Shown here: in pieces, positions 46,574 through 55,434 of the stretch
Layout: every line of letters begins with the position of its first letter
Position numbering within the stretch: position 1 is the stretch's first letter
Assembly (NCBI GenBank): GCA_013336275.1
Contig: JAAXUA010000002.1
Coordinates: 45,057 to 109,056, forward strand
Direction of reading: 5' to 3'
Source of the DNA: Candidatus Falkowbacteria bacterium
GTDB taxonomy: Bacteria; Patescibacteriota; Patescibacteriia; Patescibacteriales; GWE2-39-37
DNA: 64,000 bases
Position numbers and translations under genes: made by a program
The notes under the pieces: model-generated
Told to the model about the DNA's origin: nothing
What the model saw: only the letters and a program-made list of their open reading frames with translations
The model's database searches: none

Positions 46574-48337
46574 ATGCTCAAGCATCATTTTCGATTCACC
46601 TGGAAGGTTGGCGGCGAGGCCGGTTTCGGCATCAAGCTGGCTGGCTTGTCGTTCGCCAAGGCTTGCATGCGTGCCGGCTATCACACCTTCGATTATACCG
46701 AATATCCGTCACTAATCCGCGGCGGCCACAACACCTATCAGATCACCATCGCTACGGAGCCGGTTTTCAGCGCCAGCCGGGAAGTGGAAGTCCTGGTTGC
46801 CCTGAATAAGACGACGATCGACAAGCATTTCGAAGAAATGACCGAGGGATCGGCCATCATTTATGACGGCAGTGAGATCAAGCTGAATCCGGCCAAATTC
46901 AAAGCCAAAAAAATCAGCCTGGTTTCCGTGCCGCTGAAAGAGATTAGCGCCGCGACGGGCGGCGAAATCATGCGCAATGTGGTGGCCATCGGCGCCACCG
47001 CCGGACTGCTCAACTTACCACTGTCAATTTTGAACGATATCATCAAGGAACAATTCGCGGCCAAGCCCCAGGTCATAGACCAGAATATAGAGGCGTTGAA
47101 ACAGGGGCAAGAATACGTCAAGAAGCATTATGGCAAGATCGATTTCAAGGTCAAACTTGAGCCCATCGCCCGTGAGAAGCGCTTGCTGATTGCTGGCAAC
47201 GAGGCCATGGGCATGGGGGCCTTGGCGGCTGGAGTCAATTTTTTCGCCGCCTATCCGATGACGCCCTCGACTTCATTGATGCTGTTCTTGGCAGCCCAGG
47301 CGGTCAAGACCGGACTGGTTGTCAAACATGCCGAAGACGAGATTTCGGTCATCAATATGGCCCTGGGTGCAGCTCATGTCGGCGCTCGTGCCATGTGCGG
47401 TACATCGGGCGGAGGTTACGCCTTGATGGGCGAGGGTCTAGGCTTGTGTGCGGTCAGTGAGACGCCGTTAGTCATGGTTGATGTCCAGCGTCCCGGCCCG
47501 GCAACCGGTATGCCGACCTGGACCGACCAGGGAGACCTGCAATTTGTTCTGCACAGTGCCCAGGGTGAGTTCCCCCGCATCGTGGCCGCGCCTGGAGACA
47601 TCGAAGAATGTTTCTCCATTACCGCCGAGGCCTTCAATTGGGCCGAAAAATATCAGCTGCCAGTCATTCTTTTGTCTGATAAGTTTTTGGGCGAGGGAAC
47701 TGGGACGGTCAACCCATTCGATACCAGCAAGGTCAAGATAGAAAGAGGCAAGCTTTTGGCTGAAGGCAAGATCCCGAAGAATTATAAGCGCTATAAGGTT
47801 ACTGATGACGGCATCTCACCGCGTACTCTGCCAGGTATGAAGGACGGCATTTATTGGGCTGATAGCTATGAACACACCGAGCAAGGTTTTTCGAGCGAGA
47901 CGATCGAAGACCGCATCGCTCAGGTGGATAAGCGCGCACGCAAACTGGTGACCGCCGCCAAGGACTTGGACGGCGCCAACTGGTACGGTTCGCCTAAGGC
48001 CAGAATCACTCTGGTGGCTTGGGGCTCGACCAAGGGTCCGATTTTGGACGCCATCAAACTGTTGCCGGCAGACAAGCAGAAGCAGATCGCCTTGCTGCAT
48101 CTGAACATCATCTGGCCTTTCCCGAACAAGAAAGTGACTGAGGCCATCAAGCCGGTCACGGGTCTTTTGGCTAAGCCTAAGAAGGTGGTTTTGATCGAGA
48201 ACAATTCCCAGGCCCAGCTCGGGCAGATCATCCGCCAGGAAACCGGTATCGAAATCAAGGACAAGATTCTCAAGTATGACGGCCGGCCATTTTTCCCGGA
48301 GGAGCTGGCGGAAAAGATTAATAAATTAATGAAATAA
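46574..48337 (+). CDS. korA: 2-oxoacid:ferredoxin oxidoreductase, fused gamma/alpha subunit
   Basis: N-terminal gamma-like GGEAGFGIK..EYPSLIRGGHN, then alpha-domain GNEAMGMGALAAGVNFFAAYPMTPST. Confidence 0.85.
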   Translation: MLKHHFRFTWKVGGEAGFGIKLAGLSFAKACMRAGYHTFDYTEYPSLIRGGHNTYQITIATEPVFSASREVEVLVALNKTTIDKHFEEMTEGSAIIYDGSEIKLNPAKFKAKKISLVSVPLKEISAATGGEIMRNVVAIGATAGLLNLPLSILNDIIKEQFAAKPQVIDQNIEALKQGQEYVKKHYGKIDFKVKLEPIAREKRLLIAGNEAMGMGALAAGVNFFAAYPMTPSTSLMLFLAAQAVKTGLVVKHAEDEISVINMALGAAHVGARAMCGTSGGGYALMGEGLGLCAVSETPLVMVDVQRPGPATGMPTWTDQGDLQFVLHSAQGEFPRIVAAPGDIEECFSITAEAFNWAEKYQLPVILLSDKFLGEGTGTVNPFDTSKVKIERGKLLAEGKIPKNYKRYKVTDDGISPRTLPGMKDGIYWADSYEHTEQGFSSETIEDRIAQVDKRARKLVTAAKDLDGANWYGSPKARITLVAWGSTKGPILDAIKLLPADKQKQIALLHLNIIWPFPNKKVTEAIKPVTGLLAKPKKVVLIENNSQAQLGQIIRQETGIEIKDKILKYDGRPFFPEELAEKINKLMK

Positions 48338-48341
48338 ACAT

Positions 48342-49196
48342 ATGGCCATTGAACAGTTCAACACCATCAATCCGCCGACCTGGTGTCCCGGCTGCGGCAA
48401 TTACAGCATCTGGAACGAGATCAAGCGCGCCCTGGATGAGCTGAAGATCCCGCCACACAAGACGCTGATCGTTTACGGCATCGGCTGCGCTGGCAATATG
48501 TATAACACAGTCAATACTTATGCTTGGCATTCGCTGCACGGCCGCGCCTTGCCGACCGCCGTTGGGGCCAAACTAGCTAACAAGGATTTGACCGTTATCG
48601 TGGTTGCTGGCGACGGCGACGGCTTAGGTGAGGGCATGGGTCATTTCATCCACACCTTGCGCGGCAATGTGGATATCACCTACCTTATCCATGAGAATAA
48701 GGTCTATGGCCTGACTACCGGCCAATCGGCTCCGACCTCGGACAAGGGGTTTGTAACCAAATCCACCCCCGAAGGCCTCATCGAAGTGCCGACCAATCCG
48801 GTCAGCCTGGCGATGACGGCTGGCGGCGGTTTCGTGGCTCGCGGTTATGCCGGACGGCCGCAACAGCTTAAGGACCTGATCAAATTGGGCATCCAGCACA
48901 AGGGCTTTTCGTTTGTTGACATTTTGCAGCCCTGTGTTACATTCAATAAGATCAATACGTATCAGTATTATAATGAAAGGGTATATGATTTGGCTGAGGC
49001 CAAGCACGACTCATCCGATTTCAATGCCGCCTTCATCAAGGCGCGCGAGTGGGGAGAAAAGATTCCGTTGGGCCTGGTTTATCAGGATACTCGAGAGGCC
49101 TATGAAGACGATCTGCCTCAGGAAAAGGGCAAGGCGATCGCGACTAGACCTATCGTTACGCGCAATCTGGAGCCTTTATATAAAGATTTTATGTAA
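48342..49196 (+). CDS. korB: 2-oxoacid:ferredoxin oxidoreductase, beta (TPP-binding) subunit
   Basis: WCPGCGNYSI and TPP motif GDGDGLGEGMGHF...NKVYGLTTGQ. Confidence 0.88.
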   Translation: MAIEQFNTINPPTWCPGCGNYSIWNEIKRALDELKIPPHKTLIVYGIGCAGNMYNTVNTYAWHSLHGRALPTAVGAKLANKDLTVIVVAGDGDGLGEGMGHFIHTLRGNVDITYLIHENKVYGLTTGQSAPTSDKGFVTKSTPEGLIEVPTNPVSLAMTAGGGFVARGYAGRPQQLKDLIKLGIQHKGFSFVDILQPCVTFNKINTYQYYNERVYDLAEAKHDSSDFNAAFIKAREWGEKIPLGLVYQDTREAYEDDLPQEKGKAIATRPIVTRNLEPLYKDFM

Positions 49197-49239
49197 TCGG
49201 TCCGAGGCGGTTTACGAGCCGTTAAGGACATAAAACCGT

Positions 49240-49824
49240 ATGATGAAAACACTAGAAAATTTAGCTAAGGCTTTCGTCGGAGAGAGCCAGGCCCGCAACC
49301 GTTATACCATGTATAGCAAAGTGGCCAAAAAGGAAGGATACGAACAGATGTCAGCGATTTTTTTAGAGACTGCTGACCAGGAGCGCGAGCATGCCGCCCA
49401 GCTGTTCAAGATGATCAGCGCATTGCAGGCCGAGGCCGGCGAGGCAAACAAAGAAATCAGCATCCCAGCCGGAGTGCCAACCGTTTATGCCACCACCAAG
49501 GAAAATCTGGCCGCAGCCATCGGCGGTGAGAATTATGAGCACACCATCATGTATCCGGAATTTGCTGAGGTTGCCAAAGAAGAGGGCTTGCCCCAGGTAG
49601 CTGCTCGCCTGCGTTCGATTGCTAAGGCCGAGGAACACCACGAAGAGCGGTACATGAAGCTGTTGAAGGAGATTGAATCTGGCACGGTCTTTGAGAAAGA
49701 TACTGAGGTTTGGTGGTATTGCCGTGAGTGCGGCTACATGCACTTCGGCAAGCGCCCACCGGAAAAGTGTCCGTCCTGCGATCATGAGAAGGCCTATTAT
49801 CAGGTCAAATGTGAGCAGTATTAA
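49240..49824 (+). CDS. rbr: Rubrerythrin
   Basis: Di-iron four-helix motifs (ESQARNRY, EREHA, ENYEH, EEHHEERY) and a C-terminal rubredoxin-like CRECG...CPSC. Confidence 0.92.
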   Translation: MMKTLENLAKAFVGESQARNRYTMYSKVAKKEGYEQMSAIFLETADQEREHAAQLFKMISALQAEAGEANKEISIPAGVPTVYATTKENLAAAIGGENYEHTIMYPEFAEVAKEEGLPQVAARLRSIAKAEEHHEERYMKLLKEIESGTVFEKDTEVWWYCRECGYMHFGKRPPEKCPSCDHEKAYYQVKCEQY

Positions 49825-49842
49825 TTTAATATTAGTAAAAAT

Positions 49843-49962
49843 ATGGTACAAGTAGATCAGATTTATAAGTGTAATGTCTGTGGAAATGGCGTCAAAGTAG
49901 TTGATGCCGGCGGTGGCGAGTTAGTCTGCTGCGGTCAGCCCATGGTCTTGCAAGAAGAGTAA
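49843..49962 (+). CDS. Desulforedoxin (39 aa), absent from the ORF track
   Basis: Manual translation gives [39 protein letters not shown]. It has the YKCxxCG...GGGxLVCCG Fe(Cys)4 signature of desulforedoxin. Confidence 0.85.
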   Translation: MVQVDQIYKCNVCGNGVKVVDAGGGELVCCGQPMVLQEE

Positions 49963-49988
49963 AAATAGGTTATATTACCACAATACTA

Positions 49989-50020
49989 AGAAACACAAGG
50001 CCTAATCACCTTGTGTTTCT
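49989..50020 (+). terminator. Terminator hairpin after the rubrerythrin/desulforedoxin genes
   Basis: agaaacacaagg-cctaatca-ccttgtgtttct, a 12-bp perfect stem. Confidence 0.6.
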
Positions 50021-50023
50021 CTA

Positions 50024-50110
50024 GGAGGGATGTCTGAGCGGTTTAAGGAGACAGTCTTGAAAACTGTTGGCTCTTCACGGGGCCCGTGAGTTCGAATCTC
50101 ACTCCCTCCG
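50024..50110 (+). tRNA. tRNA-Ser (anticodon UGA), type II
   Basis: Hand-folded. Acceptor GGAGGGA/TCCCTCC. Anticodon arm ACAGT-CTTGAAA-ACTGT. Long variable arm. T-arm GTGAG-TTCGAAT-CTCAC. Confidence 0.85.
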
Positions 50111-50209
50111 CACTTAAAACACCAGCTTATAGCCGGTGTTTTATTATATGATTGCTAATTTGAAAGAAATGATGATTGCATAGCGTAATAGTAATGCTAC
50201 ACTTTAATT

Positions 50210-50782
50210 ATGGTTACGGAAACAGACTGTCAAAAATATAATGACGAGGAATTGGTCGGATTGGTGTTGGAAGGCCCTGACTATTACGCTTGTCTGGTCA
50301 ATCGTTATTCTGAGGCTTTGCGGCGTTACGTGATTCGGCTTGGTGCTAGCATCGCTGATTCTGATGATATCTTGCAAGAGGTCTTTTTGAGCGCTTATCT
50401 GCATCTGAATGATTTTGACAAAAATCTGAAGTTTTCAAGCTGGATTTATCGTATCGCCCACAATCAGGCAATTACGGCTTTTCGCAAATCGAACGTCAGG
50501 CCGACCGTAGAACTATCTGATCTTGAACCGTGGCAGGAGATGGTGCGCGACAGCTGCCCAGGAAAAAAATTCGATCAAGATCTTCTTGCGAGCAGGATCA
50601 AGGCCATGTTAGAGCAGCTCGAGCCTAAATATCGCGAAGTTCTGGTATTGAAATACTTCGAAGACAAGGATTATTCCGAGATGTCCGACATCCTGAAAAA
50701 ACCGATGGGTACGATTGCCACCTTGGTCAATCGGGCAAAAAAGCAATTGGCTAAAATTGCAGAGGGGGAATTATTAAAATGA
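50210..50782 (+). CDS. ECF-type RNA polymerase sigma-70 family factor
   Basis: Region 2 (DILQEVFLSAYLHLNDF..WIYRIAHNQAITAFRK) and region 4 (YREVLVLKYFEDKDYSEMSDILKKPMGTIATLVNRAKKQL). Confidence 0.88.
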   Translation: MVTETDCQKYNDEELVGLVLEGPDYYACLVNRYSEALRRYVIRLGASIADSDDILQEVFLSAYLHLNDFDKNLKFSSWIYRIAHNQAITAFRKSNVRPTVELSDLEPWQEMVRDSCPGKKFDQDLLASRIKAMLEQLEPKYREVLVLKYFEDKDYSEMSDILKKPMGTIATLVNRAKKQLAKIAEGELLK

Positions 50783-51513
50783 ATAATATGAGCACGATTT
50801 CCGATAAAGTATTAGACAAAATCAAAAAAGAGCACATAATGCCGCGCCCACGTTGGCAGTTCTGGCTGCGCGACGGCGGACGGTGGGCGGGCTTCATCAT
50901 GCTTTCGCTGCTGGCGGCTTTCGCCCTCGGTCTGTTATGGTATTTCTGGTCTGACGGCCCTTGGTTGCACGGTGGGCGCTCCATGGGCCTGTTTTTCTCT
51001 CCGATGCCTCTGGTTTTTCTTGGCTTGATCGCTTTGGGCTGGGTGTTGGCCTTGGTTGATTTCAGCAGCACCGGCCGAGGTTATCGCTACCCGCTTATTA
51101 AAATCGGAGTGGCGCTCCTGCTTCTGGCAGTGATTTCGGGCTGGGCTCTGAATTTCTTCGGTGTCAGCCAGCGCATGGACCGAGCTTTCAGCAGTTCGCC
51201 CTTGTATCAGGATCGGGAGTCCTATATGAAAAGCGTCTGGCAGCGGCCAAGCGAGGGTTTGTTGGCGGGAGAAATATCGAGTGTTGGCGCTGACGGCCGT
51301 TTTACCTTCCGCGATTTCGACGGCCACGATTGGCTGGTCGACGGCTCGCGGGCGATTTGGCGGCATGGTTTGGCGCCAGCGGCCGGTGTCAAAGTGAAGC
51401 TGATCGGCACGCCCAAGGGGGATGGCTTCACGGCCGATGATGTTCGTCCCTGGATGGGGCCTGGCAGCTGCGGGATGATGCAGAATGGCGGTTCTTGCGG
51501 GATGATGAGATAG
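50779..51513 (+). CDS. Membrane protein, candidate anti-sigma/sensor, with C-terminal SCGMM repeats
   Basis: 4-nt overlap with the sigma gene. 3-4 TM helices, an extracytoplasmic domain, and the C-terminus PGSCGMMQNGGSCGMMR (about 51463-51510). Confidence 0.5.
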   Translation: MNNMSTISDKVLDKIKKEHIMPRPRWQFWLRDGGRWAGFIMLSLLAAFALGLLWYFWSDGPWLHGGRSMGLFFSPMPLVFLGLIALGWVLALVDFSSTGRGYRYPLIKIGVALLLLAVISGWALNFFGVSQRMDRAFSSSPLYQDRESYMKSVWQRPSEGLLAGEISSVGADGRFTFRDFDGHDWLVDGSRAIWRHGLAPAAGVKVKLIGTPKGDGFTADDVRPWMGPGSCGMMQNGGSCGMMR

Positions 51514-51588
51514 TGAAAGAAAAATGAGATAGGGTGCGTAGTAAGAGTGAAAGGTTTAGCTTTCACTCTTATTTATTAAAGAAAGAAT

Positions 51589-51972
51589 ATGAAAAAGACG
51601 TATCTTTTGGCCGGCCTGGGCGTCGGTCTGGCTCTGACGGCCGCTTCGGCCGCCTATGCCGCAAGCGGCAGCTATGAGGCTTGGCGGAATGCCATGGGTA
51701 CCCGCGCCGGCCGGGCCACTACCGTGGTGAACGAGCAGAATTTCGACAAGTTCACCGAGATGCATCGGCTGATGGCCGAAGGCAAGTATGATGAGGCGCA
51801 AAAAGTCCGTACCGATCTCGGCTTAGGTAGTGGCAACCAGGGCAGGGGCTGCGGCATGAATAACAGCGCCGGCCGCCAAGGCGGTTGCGGGATGCGCGGC
51901 GCCGGTACAGGCTTCGTGGATGCCAATAATAACGGCATCTGCGATCGTGCCGAGCAGAATAACGCGCAGTAA
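51589..51972 (+). CDS. Small secreted protein with GCGM repeats
   Basis: Signal peptide MKKTYLLAGLGVGLALTAASAAYA. GRGCGMNNSAGRQGGCGMRGAG (about 51841-51900). FVDANNNGICD. Confidence 0.55.
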   Translation: MKKTYLLAGLGVGLALTAASAAYAASGSYEAWRNAMGTRAGRATTVVNEQNFDKFTEMHRLMAEGKYDEAQKVRTDLGLGSGNQGRGCGMNNSAGRQGGCGMRGAGTGFVDANNNGICDRAEQNNAQ

Positions 51973-51981
51973 ATAATGACC

Positions 51982-52052
51982 AACAGTTCCTCGCCCGGCT
52001 TGCTCGGGCGGGGAACTGTTCGAATGATCCGAAAACCGCTCAAGCGGTTTTT
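51982..52052 (+). terminator. Two tandem terminator hairpins
   Basis: aacagttcctcgcccg-(7 nt)-cgggcggggaactgtt (one mismatch), then aaaaccgc-tcaa-gcggttttt. Confidence 0.65.
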
Positions 52053-52082
52053 AGCCCAGGATCTCGAAATTATCAAAATATT

Positions 52083-53216
52083 ATGAAAAAAAATAATCTC
52101 TTTCGGCGAACCGTCCAAATCGCCGTTTTTTCCTTGCTGATCTTCTTGTCGTTGAGCCATATCAAATATGGCATCGAAAAAGCCGCTTCGATTGACGCCT
52201 ACTGCCCTTACGGCGCCGTGGAGAGTTTTTTAACCAAGGTTTCCTCCGGCAATTATCTGAATCGTATCTGGACCAGCTCATTTATCCTTATGGCCATAAC
52301 CATCCTGGTCACGCTGTTTTTCGGGCGGGTTTTCTGTTCCTATCTCTGTCCGCTGGGGGCGCTCCAGGAGTGGCTCAGGGGGCTAGGCAGAAAAATGGGC
52401 ATCAAGAAAGATGTGGAGCTGCCGGCAAAGGTTGATAAATATGCCAGATATCTGAAATACCTGGTTCTGGTTTTCGTAGCTTATTATTCTTACCGGGTAG
52501 GTGATCTTTTTTTCCGGAATTATGACCCTTATAACGCCTTGATGCATTTTGGCAATGAGTTCGAAGAAAAGATGTTCGCTTACGGCATTTTGGGCGTCGT
52601 GGCCATTTCGTCTGTTTTCTCGAAGAGCTGGTGGTGCCGCTATCTTTGCCCGATGGGCGCATTTTTGGGCATGATAAAAAAAATCAGCCCTTTCAAAATC
52701 GTACGGGACAAGGCCACCTGCGTGTCTTGCGGTCTGTGCGACAAGACCTGTCCAGCGAACTTGGACATCAAGGATGCCGACATCACTGACTCGGCCGATT
52801 GCATCAGCTGCCTGAACTGCGTGAATGGCTGCCCCGAAAGCAGCTTGAGCGCTAAAGTCTTCGGCAGGGCGGTGACGCCTAAGAAGTTCGCGATTATAGC
52901 CGTAGCAGCATTTTTTATCCCGCTGGGCGCTGCGGTCATGACCCCGTTGTGGCAGAGCAAGGCCCCGTCAAATATCGTCGATTCCCAGGGGCAGGTCGAT
53001 GTCGCTAACATCCGCGGGAGTAATTCGCTGAAAAAGGTGATCGAAGAGACTGGTGTGCCGCTCGAGGTTTTTGTCAGGGAATTGAATCTGCCTGCGAATG
53101 TCGACACCTCGCTTTTGCTTAAAGAAATAGGATTGAAATACGACCTCAAGAACTCAGAGGGTGCTGCGCTGGAAACTGAGGATTTCCGCGAAGTCATCCG
53201 CAAATCCAGCAAATAA
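52083..53216 (+). CDS. NapH/MauN-like polytopic 4Fe-4S binding protein
   Basis: Membrane CxxCP motifs FCSYLCPLGALQEW and CRYLCPMGAFLG, then ferredoxin motifs CVSCGLCDKTCP and CISCLNCVNGCP. Confidence 0.75.
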   Translation: MKKNNLFRRTVQIAVFSLLIFLSLSHIKYGIEKAASIDAYCPYGAVESFLTKVSSGNYLNRIWTSSFILMAITILVTLFFGRVFCSYLCPLGALQEWLRGLGRKMGIKKDVELPAKVDKYARYLKYLVLVFVAYYSYRVGDLFFRNYDPYNALMHFGNEFEEKMFAYGILGVVAISSVFSKSWWCRYLCPMGAFLGMIKKISPFKIVRDKATCVSCGLCDKTCPANLDIKDADITDSADCISCLNCVNGCPESSLSAKVFGRAVTPKKFAIIAVAAFFIPLGAAVMTPLWQSKAPSNIVDSQGQVDVANIRGSNSLKKVIEETGVPLEVFVRELNLPANVDTSLLLKEIGLKYDLKNSEGAALETEDFREVIRKSSK

Positions 53217-53236
53217 TGATCGATAGTCGGCGGCTA

Positions 53237-53290
53237 TTGACAAGAAATGCATCGTAGCCTACTATATCAATATAAATTGATATAGTAGGC
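53237..53290 (+). promoter_or_regulatory. Promoter overlapped by a 15-bp perfect inverted repeat (candidate ArsR/SmtB operator)
   Basis: TTGACA (53237-53242), a 17-nt spacer, then TACTAT (53260-53265). gcctactatatcaat (53257-53271) and attgatatagtaggc (53276-53290) are exact reverse complements, ending 3 nt before the arsR-like ATG. Confidence 0.7.
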
Positions 53291-53293
53291 AGT

Positions 53294-53557
53294 ATGGACC
53301 AAAGTCTTCTGCAATTCATCAAAGCGATCGGTGAGCCGACCAGACTCCGTATCTTGAGGCACTTGAAAAACGAGTGCTGCGTAGGGGAAATTTGGAAAAA
53401 GCTGGATTTATCGCAAAACCTCGCCTCGCATCATCTGCGGGTGCTTAAGGATGCCGACCTAATCTCTGCTGAGAAGCGAGGCTTGAAGGTCGTTTACCGC
53501 CTCAATGAGCGGGAACTGGCCAGGGGCTTAAAGCGCTTGGGGAGCTATCTTGAATAA
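53294..53557 (+). CDS. ArsR/SmtB-family metalloregulatory transcription repressor
   Basis: 87 aa. LGEPTRLRILRHL...CCVGEI...LSQNLASHHLRVLKDADLI winged-HTH with a CC pair at the alpha3 position. Confidence 0.85.
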   Translation: MDQSLLQFIKAIGEPTRLRILRHLKNECCVGEIWKKLDLSQNLASHHLRVLKDADLISAEKRGLKVVYRLNERELARGLKRLGSYLE

Positions 53558-53584
53558 CTCACATATAAATTAAAGAGTAAAATT

Positions 53585-54484
53585 ATGTTAAAACAAAACG
53601 AAAATCTGACTGACAGGCTTTTGAGGGGGGTATTGGCCGAGGCTTTATTTGTTGTCGGCTATTTTTGGCTTGCAGGGGCGTGGCAAGCAGTCGCCTACGT
53701 CCTGGGTGCAGCCATGCTGATTACCTCCGTTACCGGTTTTTGCAGCTTGTACTTAGTCATGGGAGTGGACACTAAAAAGTCATTTGCGGCACCAAGAAAA
53801 TATTTTATCACCGGATTGGTGGCAGTTTTGGTCGTGTTGCCCTTGGCGGGAAGCTACGCAAGCAGCTTTTTCAGCAAAAAGTTCTTTTTAGAGGACTTCA
53901 ATTACATGAATAATTATTACAAACAGGCACTGTTTAATACTGGTCAGGAAAAGCGTCAGGAATCGATAGACAACTATAGCCAGCTCGTAAGCGCTTACGC
54001 TGAGTTCAAGGACAAATATGGAAAATTCAGACCGGTTTCATTGCGCAGAGACAAGGAGCTGACCAGCGACCTGATTAAGGTCGATAATCTGATCAAGGAT
54101 GTCGAAACAGAGGTGCGGAGCGGCGATTTGAAAGTGGCGCACACTAAGCTAGAGGAAGTTCGCCCTCTCTGGCAGGATATCTTCAAGCGCAATGGCTATT
54201 CAATGCTGGCCGTCGCTTTGGTCGATTTCCACGATTCCATGGAAAAGATGCTGGACCCAGCAAGTGCCGGCAATGCGCAAGGAGTCCAGGACGCTTACGC
54301 TGACGCCGATTCGAAGCTGAAAGCGGTCGAAGAGGAGGCGAGTGATGATGAGATCAAGGCCATCAGGAAAAATTTGGATCAGTTGCTCGAACTTGCCAAG
54401 GGACAGGCAAATAAAGATGAGCTGGCAAAGCAAGTAGCAGAACTCAAATCAAGCTTCGTCAAGGTATATCTGAAAAGGGGGTGA
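53585..54484 (+). CDS. DUF2892 (YgaP-like membrane domain) protein with a long helical C-terminal extension
   Basis: N-terminal NLTDRLLRGVL...GAAMLITSVTGFCSLYLVMG fits DUF2892. A third TM and a roughly 200-aa helical region follow. Confidence 0.55.
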   Translation: MLKQNENLTDRLLRGVLAEALFVVGYFWLAGAWQAVAYVLGAAMLITSVTGFCSLYLVMGVDTKKSFAAPRKYFITGLVAVLVVLPLAGSYASSFFSKKFFLEDFNYMNNYYKQALFNTGQEKRQESIDNYSQLVSAYAEFKDKYGKFRPVSLRRDKELTSDLIKVDNLIKDVETEVRSGDLKVAHTKLEEVRPLWQDIFKRNGYSMLAVALVDFHDSMEKMLDPASAGNAQGVQDAYADADSKLKAVEEEASDDEIKAIRKNLDQLLELAKGQANKDELAKQVAELKSSFVKVYLKRG

Positions 54485-54511
54485 AATATTAGTAACTAAA
54501 ATATCGGAAAT

Positions 54512-55432
54512 ATGTACGACATCGCAATCATCGGTGCCGGTCCTGCCGGCTTGAACGCCTCGATCTATGCCGCGCGATACGGCCTGAAGTCGGTCGTCGT
54601 CGGCGCAGTGACCGGCGGACTGGCCGGTACGACCCACGAAATCGGCAATTGGCTGGGGGTGAAAAAGATTACCGGTTTCGAACTTGTGCAGAATATGCTT
54701 GACCACGCCAAAAGCTATGAGACGCCGATCATCGAAAGGATGGTCGAAGACATTAAGGCCGTTGACGGGGGATTCAGTTTGGCGATCGCCGGTTCAGAAC
54801 CGATCGAAGCCAAGGCGGTCATTCTGGCAACCGGCACTAGCCACCGGCATCTCGGGTTGCCGGATGAGGCCAAGTATATCGGCAAAGGCCTGTCTTATTG
54901 CGCGACTTGCGACGGCTTCTTTTATAAAAATAAGGTTGTGGCAGTTGTCGGCGGCAACGATGCCGCAGCCATGGCTGCCACCTATCTGGGAGATATTGCA
55001 GCAAAAGTCTACTTGGTCTACCGCAAGGAACCGTTGCGCGCTGAACATTTCTGGCAGACAGCCATCGCCAATAATCCAAAAATTGAGATCATTTATAATA
55101 CTAATTTGACCGAGATAGTCGGAACAGAAAAAGTTAGCGGAATCAAGACTCTTAATTTGGCTGGTAAAATGAAGGAACTGACAGTGGATGGCGTCTTTGT
55201 CGAGATTGGTTCCGAGCCGAATACGGAGCTGTTCAAAGAGTTGGGAGTGGAGTCTGACGAGCAGGGCTTCGTGAAGATCGGTGCCGACGGTTCGACGACA
55301 GCCAAAGGTATTTGGGCTGCCGGCGACCTGACAGATGGTTCGAACAAGTTCAGGCAGATTGTTACGGCGGCAGCTGAAGGCGCAATTGCCGCCGCCAGCA
55401 TTAGTAAGTATCTTAAGCAAAACTTTAAATAG
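54512..55432 (+). CDS. trxB: Thioredoxin-disulfide reductase
   Basis: FAD motif IIGAGPAGLNASIYAAR, redox-active CATCDG, NADPH motif VVGGNDAAA, and GDLTD. Confidence 0.92.
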   Translation: MYDIAIIGAGPAGLNASIYAARYGLKSVVVGAVTGGLAGTTHEIGNWLGVKKITGFELVQNMLDHAKSYETPIIERMVEDIKAVDGGFSLAIAGSEPIEAKAVILATGTSHRHLGLPDEAKYIGKGLSYCATCDGFFYKNKVVAVVGGNDAAAMAATYLGDIAAKVYLVYRKEPLRAEHFWQTAIANNPKIEIIYNTNLTEIVGTEKVSGIKTLNLAGKMKELTVDGVFVEIGSEPNTELFKELGVESDEQGFVKIGADGSTTAKGIWAAGDLTDGSNKFRQIVTAAAEGAIAAASISKYLKQNFK

Positions 55433-55434
55433 CC

